From NCBI GenBank assembly GCA_951406725.2, contig OX597831.1, positions 28,954,001-29,018,000 on the forward strand: 64,000 nt of DNA, given 5' to 3'. The first letter of the stretch is position 1; every line of letters begins with the position of its first letter. The notes under the pieces were generated by a model that worked only from the letters and a program-made list of their open reading frames with translations, was not told where the DNA came from and ran no database searches. The position numbers were made by a program, and so were the translations under genes. This document shows, one piece after another, positions 50,735 to 64,000 of the stretch. This DNA is from Octopus vulgaris (taxonomy: Eukaryota).

Positions 50735-53700
50735 CTGTGAAGTGGAGACAATAATTCATTTACAAATAATGGTAACAGTGGCAACAATAATGTAAGGTCA
50801 TACATATATTTAGAGGTAGATGTGGTACGACTGTTGTTTATATCAATCCTTATGACTGTCTTTCAACAACTGGATGATTTTTGGCTTTCAGGAACAAAAT
50901 TGAAATGATTAACAATTATGTTAAGTGACGGACAAAAAATAGAACTCGTTTATTTTTGCTAATCTATGTTCATTTCGTTATCTTCCTTCTTATCATTATG
51001 GTCATTATTATCTTATTAACATCATTATTGCTAATCAAGTTTAAATTAGCACATCCTGAAACAAGGAAGTTACATAATGAATATACTCTGTATGTGTTAG
51101 TATGTGAGTGTGTGTATAGGCAAACAGAAACACACACACATATAAATATACATATATACATACACAAACAAGCATATGCACACACACACATGTGTATCTG
51201 ATATCCCAATGTTTACAGAAACATCTAGAAATACACAAGCCAGACAACCTGAGGGCAAGAAACCTAGTGACCATCACTCCCAATTTATGGGTCAATGAAC
51301 AAGGTTTAGTTAAGAAGCAGAAACTGGTTCAAGGAGGATCAGTCCACACAACTTCTGACCACCACATCACATCACATCATGTCATGTCATCCTCATGTAC
51401 CATTCAGGTAATACAAGTTAAAAAAAGGGACCAAGAGTAATTTTGGCACACAAGGCCAGAAATTTTAAGGATGGAAGTAAGTCAATTACACTGACCCCAG
51501 TGTTTAATTAGCACTCATTTTATTGACCCCGAAAAGACAAAAGGCAAAGCTGACACCAGCAGAATTTGAACCCACGATGTAAAGAGCCAAACGAAATGTT
51601 GCTAAGCATTTTGTCTGAGGCCACTTAGTAAAGTGATTGGCATTAGGAAGGGCATCCAGCCGTGAAAACCATGCCAAAACAGAATCTGTGGGTGTTGGGG
51701 TCACATTATAACAGCACTCAGTTAATTCTGTAAGGTGGTTGGTGTTAGTGAGGGCATCCAGCCATAAAAACTATACCAAAGTAGACAGTGAAGCCTGGTG
51801 CAATACTCTGGCTTTCCAGATCTTGTAAAACCACCCAACCCATGCCAGCACGAAAAACAGGCGTTAAATGACGAAGATGACGTCAACAATTTGTATCAGT
51901 TCATTGCCTTAATAATGCTAACAATAATAATCCTTTCTATTATAGGCACCATGCCTGAAATTTTGCACCATGGGGCTAATTGATTGCATTAACCCAAGTG
52001 GTACTTATTTTATCATCAACCAACCCCAGAAGGGATGAAAGGCAAAGTCAGCCACGGTGGAATTTGAACCCAGAATGCAAAGCGCCAGACGAAATGCTGC
52101 TAAGCCTCTTGCTGGCTCATTAACAATTCTGCCAGCTCATTGCCTGAAGACACGGAATAATGAAACCAAGACCGAATCGTCTTTGGAAGGTCAGAAACTA
52201 CTCTAGTGTGAGTATCTAATGACAGGCATGTGTGTGTGTGTGGGGGTGGATGGATGGATGCGGTGGGAGAGTAACCAACATGGAGTGGATCGACAACCAA
52301 CTGCAGAATGGTATACAGCTAGTCTGAAGGTGATTTAGCGTTCCGTCCTGACACTTGGCTAAGCCATAATAGATAAGGCAGTGAGAGTGATCTCCCTTTG
52401 CGAATGGCATTGATTTCATAGATTTCTTAACGATGAAGGTGCCACACACATTAACAAAGAAACCATTATATGATACCTTGACTTGCTAGAAGTAGCAGCC
52501 AAATCGTCCTCCAATCACATCTGACTGTTTTAAAGAAGGATACATTGCCTAATGTAGGTTCTGTTCAGGATGGTCATGGTTGGACTGAGTTTGATCAGAG
52601 ATAACTTATAGGGTAACACCACCACACATATCACTGAACCCTATAGTGTTATACCACACACACACACAAAATACTTTCTTGAATTGTAGGAAACATGGAG
52701 CCAGCTCCCACGTTTCCATGGTGCATAAGTGACCAAGATCTCAATATTGCCATGAATGGGCACACAAGTCTGTCACACAAGGTCATCTATTTAAAGCTGA
52801 GTGAATTCAAGCAATGTGAAATGAAGTCTTTTACTCAACAACACAAGACACCACCCAGTCCGGGAATTGAAACCATGACCTTGCCACTGTGAAGGCAACA
52901 ACCCTAACCACTAGACCACACACAAATACACACACTAGATTACTTGTTAAAGTTAGCACTACAGTCTTTTATTCCACAACACAAGACACCACCCAGTCTA
53001 GGAATTGAAACCATGGCCTTGCAACTGTGGGTGCAAAAACCCTAAACACTAGACCACACACACTAGATCACTTGTCAACGTTAGCCCTGCAGATCTTCTA
53101 TAGGAATCACAGGCAGCACTGATTTTGTAACACCCATTACTCATTTTTCATTTCAATCACATTATTGTTGCTTATATCAGACGTCTTGGATACAAACCAT
53201 TGTGACAAAATCAGTGTTAGCCATAATTTCTATAGAAAGTCTGTAGAGATACCCTTAACAAGTGATTTAATAGCACTGCTAACACAGTAGAGTATTGACA
53301 GGGTATTAAAAAACGTTTAATACACTTTGAAGTACAAAGACCCTTCTTTTGTCACGAATGACCATGGGATTGCACCTAGAAAGTTCCTCTCCAAAGCACA
53401 AGTCCAAGCAAGGTTGTTTTTTTTATGGATGACGAGCAGTCACCCATGCATACCAGCCTCTCCTCTCCATGCCACTGATGTTATCCAAGGGAAAGGCAAA
53501 GGCTGATACAGCTTGGCACCAATGACATCACAACTCATCTCTACAGATGAATGAACTGGAGCAATGTGAAATAAAGTGTCTCACTCAAGAACACAACGCA
53601 ACTCGGTCCAGGAATTGAACTCACAACCACATGATTGTAAGCCTGATGCTCTAACCACCGAGCCATGTGCCTTCACACTTTGTAGTAGTAATATGTTATG

Positions 53701-53763
53701 GTTGCATAACGAAATACCGTGTCCCTACCGGTCATTAACACACACTAGGATCTATTAAATTAC

Positions 53764-54062
53764 CTCCTTGTCGTCTTGTTCCGCTACCACCTCAGCTACA
53801 ATATTGGCGGCCAGTTGTTCCTCATCTTCCTCAACTTCAGCAGGAGGCACCTCCTCCTCAGCCGACTCAAAGCTGATTGTGCTGTGGTCTGAAGGTGTAC
53901 GATGGTGGCTCTGCTTCAGTACTGTCATTTCGTGCCGCAGGTTGTCGTAGAGTTGCTTTAGTTGTTCGTAATCATGCATCATTTTCTCGTGGTGGGCTTT
54001 CTCAATGTCCATGTCTTTCTGTCTGTCAACAGCTGTCAGTGATTCAATTTTCTGCTCATATT
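53764..54062 (-). CDS. MYO5: Myosin V-like exon D, end of proximal coiled coil plus PEST-like region (..YEQLKQLYDNLRHEM..HHRTPSDHSTISFES..)
   Basis: Acceptor ctttcctcag, donor GAG|gtaatt, 299 nt, phase 1-0. Resembles myosin Va motifs RLEERYDDLKEEM and HKRTDSTHSSNESE as recalled. Confidence 0.92.
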
Positions 54063-54123
54063 CTGAGGAAAGAAAACAATAGAAATGTGAAAGATTGAAA
54101 ATTATTGTTATTGTTATTATTAT

Positions 54124-54757
54124 TGAGTGAGAGAGCAGTGCATGCCATCAAAGTGACACTGGGGTAAAATATACGAAGCCCAGTATACCCATCATGACAA
54201 CCTGTCTGATAAGGATTTAACAAGCACATGCATCACAACCATATGTGCGCGACATGGTGATCTCATATCAAGATAAACAGCGCATGACCTTGCAGGTGGG
54301 ACTCAGTTAGAATTTTCTTCTGGTCAAGTAACCCATCCTGCTCAAAAGGTCCCTGAATAAGGGTTGTTTAAGGATGTTGAATGAAACACCCATGTTTCCA
54401 GAGGTGAATTATTCAAACCCCAAAGAATCCCTCTCAACACATGGCTATGATGCTCCCCCACAACTTCTGTTGATGATCAGAGATGGACATGTCGTCAGCC
54501 AAATCTTCCTCCAATCACATCTGATTGTTTTAAAGAAGGATACATTGCCTAAAGTAGGTTCTGTTCAGGATGGTCATGGCTGGACTGAGTTTGCTCAACT
54601 GGTTAAGGTCAAACAACTGACAAGCAAATCTGTGGTATTGAGCAGAATATTTGCTGTAATCCATATTTTATACCAAGACAAAACAATGTACATGACAACA
54701 CTTCCAATCAGTTAAGATGAGAAGCTATGAGAGCCACTTCTGGTACTGCATCAGGGC
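54124..54757. mobile_element. ~550-bp interspersed repeat (family F) embedded in (TTA)n tracts
   Basis: Same-orientation copies at 49753-50296 (partial duplicate 50370-50490) and 55097-55600. Confidence 0.75.
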
Positions 54758-54784
54758 ATCATCATCATCATCATCATCATCATC

Positions 54785-54870
<86 letters not shown>

Positions 54871-55637
54871 GGCAGCAAGCTGGCTGAGTCGTTCGCATAC
54901 TTGATGAAATGCTTGGCGGTATTTCACCCATTGCTATAATCTGAGTTCAAATTCTGCTGAGGTCAACTTTGCCTTTCATCCTTTTGGGGGGTTGATAAAG
55001 TAAGTACCAGTTGCATACTGGGAGCAATGTATTCAACTAGCCTCCTCTCCCAAATTTCAAGCCTTGTGCCTTTAGTAGAAATGATAATTATTATTATTGA
55101 GTGAGAGAGCAGTTCATGCCATCAAAGTGTCACTGGGGTAAAATATACGAACCCAGTATACACATCATGACTACCCGTCTGATAAGGGTACACCAGGCAC
55201 ATGCATCACAACCATATGTGCGCGACATGGTGATCTCATATCAAGATAAACAGCGCATGACTTTGCCAGTGGGGCCCATCTAGAATTTTATTCAGGTCAA
55301 GTGTCCATCTCACTCAAAAGGTCCCTGAATAAAGTTTGTTTAAGGGTAATGAACTAAACACCCATGTTTCCAGCAGTAAATTATCCAAGCCCCAAAGAAT
55401 CCCTCTCAACACATAGCTATGATGCTCCCCACCTACTTCTGCTCATAATCAGAGATACATATATTGTCAGCCACCAAGGGACACGGTGAACTGGCTGAGG
55501 TCAAGCAACTGACAAGCAAATCTGTGGTACTGAACAGAATATTTAGTCCATCTTTTATATTAAAACAAAACATACATGATAACACTTCCAATCAGTTATC
55601 ATCACCATTTAACATCTGCCTTCCATGGTGACATGGG

Positions 55638-55683
<46 letters not shown>

Positions 55684-56102
55684 TTTACAACATGATAATT
55701 TGTCATCATCATCGCAAGCCTCTTACTATATAAGATAACTGTCATCTTTTATCAGATGATTATCACAGATCTGATACACACAATCATCTTAGATCTCCTA
55801 CCACATGGTAACATGATTACAAATCTGACACCACATAATCATCAGATCTCGAATGACATAATCTTCTCATATATTTTACCATATGATACCATATGAACAT
55901 CATAAATTTTCTACATGATACCTCATGAACATCTCAGATATGGTGCTGCATTACACCACATGATCATCACATATCACCCATTATAAGATCCTCTCAGATA
56001 TCATATCACATCGTCATCTCAGACCTCTGACCATGTGATATCAACAAACAGATTTGTTTGTTGATATTAATAACAATAATACAAAAAATTTAAGAAAATA
56101 AC

Positions 56103-56196
56103 CTTCAATTTTCCCTTCATCATCTTTTATCTTCGACTGAGCACTAAGAAGCTTCTGGTTGAGGGTTGTGTTTTTCTCATTCAAGACTTTTGATTC
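56103..56196 (-). CDS. MYO5: Myosin V-like exon C (ESKVLNEKNTTLNQKLLSAQSKIKDDEGKIE)
   Basis: Acceptor ttttttttatag, donor AAG|gttatt, 94 nt, phase 0-1, matching the phase-1 start of exon D. Confidence 0.85.
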
Positions 56197-57025
56197 CTAT
56201 AAAAAAAAAACACAATAATTCATTATGTGCAACAGAAGAAGCCTTGGTTTAAAATGGCAAGCTGTGTATTATACTTAAAGTAGATACATTACAGAAAGAC
56301 AAATTAACTGCTGTGTTTGCACCCCACCCCACTGATAGTATCTCTTTTGAACATAGAGCGTTAAAAAAACACAGAGATATATCAGTAGGAGAGTAAAATT
56401 ATCCAGCAGTGGTGGTGGTATTGTTAAATGTGCATTTCTACCTCTAAGCTTTGTCAGCAGAAAGTGGCCATTGGTGAACACGGCACACCTATCAAAGACA
56501 TGCTGAGGATGAATACCACACATAATTAGGCTTTCCATGATGTATCTGCTTTAAGTAGGTTACATACAGATTGCTATTTTAATAATTTACATAATACACA
56601 CGAACATCATACATATATATATACAAATATATATACAAATATATATATATATATATGGAAACATTCGAGCGAGGTCGTTGCCAGTGCTGCTGGACTGGCT
56701 CCTATGCATGTGGCACATAAAAAAGCACCATTTGAGCGTGGCCGTTGCCAGTACTGACTGACTGACCCTGGTGTCAGTGGCTCGTAAAAGCACCCACTAC
56801 ACTCCCGGAGTGGTTGGCATTAGGAAAGGCATCCAGCTGTAGATCAAGATTGGAGCCTGGTGCAGCCATCTGGTTTGCCAGACCTTAGTCACATCGTCCA
56901 ACCCATGCTAGCATGGAAAGCGGATGTTAAACGATGAACGACGATATATATGTATGTATGTATAATATACATAATATTTGTGTTTTTATCACATATATAT
57001 AATATACATACATACACATATATAT

Positions 57026-57060
<35 letters not shown>

Positions 57061-57399
57061 AACAGATTTGAATGAATGGGACCAGAGAGATTTGTTGGGA
57101 CCTGTGCCAGAATGAGCCAAGGTAAGACCAAATTCATTTCTCTAATTAATTTGGCAAGGAAAGGAGGGCCACAGATTCACAATTCCCATACCAAAGATAT
57201 TTTCAGTTTTTTTCAACACGTATGTATCAATGTATTGCAAATCATTAAAATGACACATATATATATATGTTTGTCCAGGATAGGATTACACAGCCACAGC
57301 AGGAAATGTATTAGGAGATGAAATGTAAAAGCCAGACTAGATTATTTTATGTGCAACTCCATTGTCTCCCGAGACAAAAAGGATACCAACAACAACCAC

Positions 57400-57450
<51 letters not shown>

Positions 57451-59179
57451 ATATATATATATGTATGTTCTCTGTACAGTGGTTGGCATTAGGAAGGGAA
57501 TCCAGCAGCAAAAAAACCATGCCAAAGCAAGACAGTGGAGCTTAGCACAGTCCTTTGTCCCTTGAAACAGTCCAACCCATGCCAGCAAGGAAGACAGGCA
57601 TTAAATGATTATATATCATCATCATCATCATCATCATTTAACTTCCATTTTCATGCTGGCATGGGTTGGACGGTTTGACTGAAAACTGGTAAGCCTGGGA
57701 GCTGCACCAGGTTCCAATCTGATTTGGCATGGTTTCTACAGCTGGATGCCCTTCCTAATGCCAACCACTCTAAGAGTGTGGCAGGTGCTTTTTACATGAC
57801 ATATAGTCCAAAGTTGTGCAAAAATATGAACAAGAAACGAAAGACAGAGACAGGTGAGGGAATGACAAACAAGGTGTATTAGTGTGACACTCAGGTAAAA
57901 TGTAAGAGTCTTTGATGTTTTGAGCTTAAATGAAATGAGGAAAGGAAACAGATGGAGAGAGGGAAAAAAAAAGAGAGAAAGAAGGTGTCTGGATTAACCG
58001 GTGCAGGAGTGGCTGTGTGGTAAGTAGCTTGCTTACCAACCACATGGTTCTGGGTTCAGTCACACTGCATGGCACCTTGGGCAAGTGTCTTCTACTATAG
58101 CCTCGGGCCGACCAAAGCCTGGTGAGTGGATTTGGTAGACGGAAACTATGTATATGTGTGTGTATGTTTGTGTGTCTGTGTTTATCCCCCCAACATCGCT
58201 TGACAACCGATGCTGGTGTGTTTATGTCCCCGTAACTTAGTGGTTCGGCAAAAAAAACTGATAGAATAAGTATTAGGCTTACAACGAATAAGTCCTGTGG
58301 TCGATTTGCTCGACTAAAGGCGGTGCTCCAGCATGGCCAGTCAAAATGACTGAAACAAGTGAAAGAGTGAAAAGAGAGAGTTGCACAAAAATATACAGAT
58401 GTTGTCACCTTGATTCTGCACACACGTGTGTGTATGGGTGTACACATATGTGTGTGTGTGGTATGCGTTAAGTGCCACTGTAACTAGCATCATAGTCAAA
58501 GGTGGGGCAAGGGTAACTTGATTTGAAGAATATAAAAAGCAAATGAAAAGGAGGAGGGGGAGGGGGAAGCGTAGATGTAAGGGAGATAATTCTCGTTGAT
58601 GTAGAAAATATGACTACCAACACCATCATCATCATCATCTTTTAATGTCTGTTCTCCATACTGGCATGGGTTGGACAGGTTTGCCAAGAGTTGGCCAGCT
58701 CGAGGGCAGCCCGGGCCCCATTTGTCTGTTTTGACATGGCTTCTACAGTTGGATGCCCTCCTAATGTCAACCACCCTACAGCGTGTACTGGGTACTTTAA
58801 CGTGACACCAACATGGGAGCTTGTATGCAGCACTGGCACAGCTCCAATCATATTTACATCTGCATGTGAACAATTGGCATGTGTAGCACCAACACCACAC
58901 CCTCTCTCTTCCTCAGTGTGTGTGTATACACACTCAAACACACACATATGTGTATGTGGAATGAACAATTTTAAACTCTATATTTGGAATGAACAATTTT
59001 AAATGCTGTTGGATTCTTCTCATAAGGTATTGGTATCTTACATATACACCATTCTGCCTAAAAAATGGATCTACAAATTCAATGTCCCTACATATCTCAC
59101 ATCTATTTTCTTTCCTCCACCTCACTCTCTATTTGGTATCCCGTCTAAATTAACTATTACTTAACCATTCTCTCACACC

Positions 59180-59231
59180 GTCTCTGATGAAGAGATATAA
59201 TTAATAAATATCCTGGAAACAGCCGTAAGAC
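59180..59231 (+). ncRNA. Minimal type I hammerhead ribozyme motif
   Basis: gtct-CTGATGA-agagatat..atatcctg-GAAAC-agcc-GTA-agac; stem I gtct/agac; stem III loop one change from palindromic agct. Confidence 0.7.
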
Positions 59232-60816
59232 CTTCTATCTATAAATGTTCTAATATCTACACAGCCTTGGTTTTTTTTATCTCATTACGCAAAAAATTCT
59301 TATATATATTGATATATATATAACTGGAATATAGTTGGAGTATATATATAGTTGGAATGCATATATAATTATAAAAGAATGGTCAATTCTCCAAGTCAGC
59401 TAGAATATATACATAAAATATATATATATGATAAGCATCATCATCATCATCTTACATCTACTTTTCCATGTTTACATGGGTCGGATGGAGTTTATTGAAG
59501 CAGATTTTCTATGGCTAGATGCCTTTACTTTCGCCAACCCTCACCTGTTTCCAAGCAAGGTAAATATTTTCCCGTAGCCAGACAAGTTTCCAGAGAATAT
59601 TGGAAATGAACGACACTGCTTGTATAATGTCTTGAAGCAGGAGTGAGTTTGGAAAGTAGATGCAGGTGGAAGTAGATATAGACAGGTGAACTTAGAAGTA
59701 AAGGAAAGACGGACTTAGATGTGAAGTAAATTTGAAGTCTTCAGTTAGACTGAAAGCAGTATATATAGTTATAGAGGGTAAAGAACCGCTTTGGTCATTA
59801 ATTTACTATGGGATTGCATTTAGAAAGTTACCCTTTCAGGCACAAGTCCAGGCAAGATTGTTTATGGAAGATCAGCAGTCACCATACCAGCCTCCTCTCC
59901 ACATGCCACCAATGCTAAGGGAAAGGCAAAGGCCGATACAACTTGGCACCAGTGACATCACAACTCATTTCTACAGATGAGAGAACTGGAGCAAAGTGAA
60001 ATAAAGGGTCTTGCTCAAGAACACAATATGTAGCCTGGTTCAGGAATTGAACTCACAACCTGATAATTGTGAGCCTGATGCTCTAAGCATTGAGCATATA
60101 TATACTGACCGTATAACTATATATGAACTATGATTATATAACTGGATATAGTTATATAATCATAATATATATAGTTATATGGTTAATATATATATATATA
60201 TATGTTAGTAAGGCTTAAATAGTTGGTTGGAAGAGTTTAGCAGGGAGAAATAGTAACAGACAGGTAAACTTTGAAGTTAACGAAAGGTAGACTTTGATGT
60301 GGAGTCAATTTAGAAGTCTTTATTTTTATTGGAGTCAGCAAGAATCAAATAACTGGTGGTGGCAGTTGGAGGTGTTTAGGGAGGAATAGAGGGACACACA
60401 GACAGATTTACAAGAATGAGAGAAAATGGACTTTGAAACAGAGGAAGAAGTCTTTGTGTGTATTGGAGTCAATCAGTGAAGAGGAAGGTGAAATAGGGTT
60501 GATGTCTTTAATGAAGGACAAGAGACAAGAAACTGGTGATGGTGGTAGTGATGATGGTGATTGGTGGATTTTAGAGAGATGTACAGATAGACACACAGAC
60601 AGACAGACACTTGTAGAAGCGTGGAAGATGGACATTATCCAGGCAAGGAAGTGGTACATGTTGGTGAGGAGTGTGGATTCTACAAAAACAGTGGCAACCA
60701 CTGATTGCTGTCATGCATCCTTACAATGACAGCTCATTGACACTAAACACAAAACACCACCACCACCAACAACAACACTCCAAATACAAAAACTACATTC
60801 AACAGAATTCACCAAC

Positions 60817-61041
60817 CTCATCATAAGTCAGTTTCATCTTCTTCTTCTCCGCCATTAAGACAGTTAATTCTTCAGTCTTCTGTTTCAAATTGCTCTTCAG
60901 TTCTGAAACCAGACTCTCAGCATCTTGCAACCTCAGTCTGATCTCTCTGCAGCCGTCATGCTCTGTGGAGAGTTTTTCATACAAGTCTTGGAACTGTTTG
61001 TTGTTGGCCTCATTACTTCTCAAATGTTTCAAGTCATGCTC
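60817..61041 (-). CDS. MYO5: Myosin V-like exon B, coiled coil (EHDLKHLRSNE...KKKMKLTYDE)
   Basis: Acceptor tcgttttag, donor GAG|gttggt, 225 nt, phase 0-0, E/K/L-rich heptads, in frame with exon A. Confidence 0.88.
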
Positions 61042-61872
61042 CTAAAACGATTGGAAAGAGGAAGTGAGGTGGAAATATAAATATATAATATATACAAACG
61101 ATAATTAAATCAAGAGTCAGAGTTGGCAATTTTAAAAATAAAATTTTATTTTACAGAAACAGAAATAACTTATTACAATAACAGAAAAATTTCATTGATT
61201 AATTTATTATTAATTAAGTAAATATTGGCTATGTAAAACAGGAAACAAATAGATGTGGTTTGTCTCTCTATAGATAATGTTTCTATATAGAGATTACCTA
61301 TGAATTAATGAACTTTGAACCTTAATCAACAAAGAACACACTAACATATACACAGACACATGCATACAGTTATATCCATACAAACTTATACAATCATATG
61401 TAGAAACACATACAACTATACCCACACAAACACACACACATGTACAACCATATCTACATAAATACACATGTGCATACACCCATGTCCACATAAACACACA
61501 CACATAGCCAAATCCACACAAACATACTTGCAATCACACAAATCTACAAAGTGATCCACACAAACATATCTACACACAAATCTGGATACATCCCAATACA
61601 CACATCACTGGATACAATCATACACATGTCCAAACAACTACAACTACACAAAAACACACACATCTACACAACACACACACAAATGTGCACACATCCATAC
61701 CCAAATGCATATCTCTACACACACATACACACACATGTCATTGAAGACTATCATACACCCTCAAACAAATCCAGATACCCTGATTTACACATCTCCACAC
61801 ACATCACAATGTGCAATCATATATCCATCTACACCAATCCATACACATACGTGCATATACACAGACACCTAC

Positions 61873-61962
61873 CTTTTCTTTAATTTGGTTAGACAATTCA
61901 ATAATCTTGTTACACAGACGTCGGTTGGACAATGTGAGTTCATCTGTGTCCTTGGCCTTTCT
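61873..61962 (-). CDS. MYO5: Myosin V-like exon A (start of coiled coil after IQ region): RKAKDTDELTLSNRRLCNKIIELSNQIKEK
   Basis: Acceptor ttgtttttttgcag, donor AAG|gtaggt, 90 nt, phase 0-0. Resembles the class V segment [29 protein letters not shown] as recalled. Confidence 0.85.
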
Positions 61963-62016
61963 CTGCAAAAAAACAAACAAATATGCATAATTAGAGATAT
62001 ATGTGTCTGTGAGTGA

Positions 62017-62056
<40 letters not shown>

Positions 62057-62311
62057 CATATGAGAGGGATGACCACTATGTGGATAACCCTTATGCTAGA
62101 AGCAGATCTGCTATGGTCTTACCAATAAGAAATGTTCTCAAGAAATATTTAGCAAACACCAGAAGATAAACGAGCAAGACAAATGAAAAGCAACAAAAAT
62201 ATAGATTATTCACATACATATTTCACTATTAACAGATTACCTAATTTTACTTACGCAATTTGTCTATAGATCTTAATTAAATTAATATTCAATTTCTCAC
62301 CCTCATTTCAA

Positions 62312-62350
<39 letters not shown>

Positions 62351-63291
62351 ATTGTCTCATTGTGAACAACAAACGAGGGTTCAGTAAAATAAAGGGTTAA
62401 TTATGTTCTATGGCCGTGAATGTGTCTGTTGAGGGGCCTGCTGGTGTTTTGCAAACCTTTTGGCAAATGGAATAAGTTGAGAACTCAGTTTGCTTGTGGA
62501 TCATTTACTATGTGTTTTCTTGGGTGGACAGCAAAGCCTGCTTTGCTTCGTGCCACACAGAACCACAATGATAAATAAGGTTTCCATTTAAAGGAGCAGT
62601 GTTTTGCAAGTGTGCCTTCATGCTTGCACAAAGTCAGTCCCGATGTTGGAGTCGACTTAGCTCAAATCTTTGAACTGAGGAGAAGCAGGACTGGTGCCAG
62701 GTTTTGAGTTCTAATGCTTTGTTTTCCCATGTGAACCTTCTCCAGCACTCTCTGTATAACCTAAGAGTGCTTGTAACCTCCCCTACTTCTGTTAAGTAGA
62801 TTACTGGAACTATAGCCATCCAAGACCAGATTTGGGGTAAATAATGGAGTGGTTTCCTGTCGCCTTCTCCAGGCAGGTGGGATTTGAACTCAGAATGTAG
62901 AGAGCCGGAGGATATACCGTAAATGCATTTCTGCTAATGTGAAATGAAGCTTCTGGGAATCGAACCCAAGATCTAGTGATCATGAGTGACACATCCGAAC
63001 TCTAGGCCATGCACCTTCACACACACGTATGTGTGTGAAATAAAAATATGCTTGATACTGTGGTGGTATATGTAATATGCAGAGATACAAGACATGTCAT
63101 ATAGAAATGTAGATATCATCATCATCATCATCATTTAACGTCCGCTTTCCATGCTAGTATGGGTTGGACGGTTCAACTGGGGTCTGGGGAGCCCGAAGGC
63201 TGCACCAGGCCAGTCAGATCTGGCAGTGTTTCTACAGCTGGATGCCCTTCCTAACGCCAACCACTCCGAGAGTTTATGTTATACATAAATA

Positions 63292-63770
63292 TTGGGTTGG
63301 TGTAGAATTATTGCAGCTTGTTATGCATTCTTTGGTTCGTGATGGGATGATAGACAACTCACTGAAGGCATTGTTATTGTTACGTGTTTATTTTGCTTAA
63401 CCTGTTCACGAACTGTCAATATACAGCGGAGTGATGCACATTGTGCATATCCGCCTTCGCAGTTCATACTGTTTACTAACAAATAGTGCCAATAGTGGGG
63501 ATGCATCCATACATGCGTATACACATAGATATGGACGTGTACACAGCTTTTTTTACAACAAATTTTATTCAACAAAAACAATAACAATATTTAACAAAAA
63601 CATCTTTAAATGACAGTCTGACTGTCTGCCAAGCAAATGGGAAGCAGTAACTGAAGTAGATGGTGAATATGCTCCGGGATAATCATTTAAAGATGTTTTT
63701 GTTACATGTTGTTATTGTTTTTGTTGAATAAAATTTGTTGAAAAAAAATCCGCAGTAATTATGCACCAAC

Positions 63771-63774
<4 letters not shown>
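63292..63774. mobile_element. Mariner-type MITE with internal inverted duplication
   Basis: TA-flanked TIRs ttgggttggtgtagaattattgc / gcagtaattatgcaccaacccaa; internal inverted arms ~63549-63614 and ~63684-63748. Confidence 0.8.
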
Positions 63775-63825
<51 letters not shown>

Positions 63826-64000
63826 GAGATATGTAAGATATCTTTCCTAAAGATGTTATTACATTGTATGTAGCAACTATACTTCAAATATATATCATGC
63901 CTTAGCTCTATAACAATTTAGGGCTTATAACCCCTAGAGATAATACACCAATAGTGAGATTCTTTAGTTACTATATCCACAGTGTTGCTTAGTTGTTTTT

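Noticed and set aside
54700-54757. Weak resemblance of the family F end to U2 snRNA (atcagttaagatc, cctggtactgca)
   Set aside because: Only short, gapped matches from memory; no Sm site or branch-pairing GUAGUA recognised.
62400-62830. Unique-looking segment possibly holding an IQ exon
   Set aside because: No IQxxxRGxxxR motif or convincing splice pair; probably an old transposon fragment.

Overview
Eukaryotic, AT-rich, microsatellite- and SINE-dense DNA, most likely from an octopus (inferred from its tRNA-derived SINE families). The window appears to lie inside one large minus-strand gene, a divergent class V myosin. Eight GT-AG exons (61962 down to 41395) join in frame and encode the post-IQ coiled coil, PEST-like linker and medial tail. 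The motor and IQ exons would lie to the right of the window and the expected globular (DIL) tail exons to the left. The >41 kb stretch after the last conserved exon (phase-2 donor at 41395) is the unusual part. It holds (i) an ATG-led 785-nt exon in a CpG-rich patch that ends in a paralogous copy of the conserved exon's last 19 codons with the same phase-2 donor, a probable alternative first exon for a motor-less isoform, and (ii) about a dozen islands of unique sequence that read as frame-compatible cassette or terminal exons, several ending in Cys-rich, CaaX or hydrophobic tails (speculative). Introns also contain Penelope-type minimal hammerhead ribozyme motifs (the intact ones all antisense to the gene), mariner, piggyBac-like and Helitron-like non-autonomous elements, a LINE RT fragment, long hairpins, minisatellites and two cases of templated copying from elsewhere in the locus. 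All calls are by eye; no searches were run.
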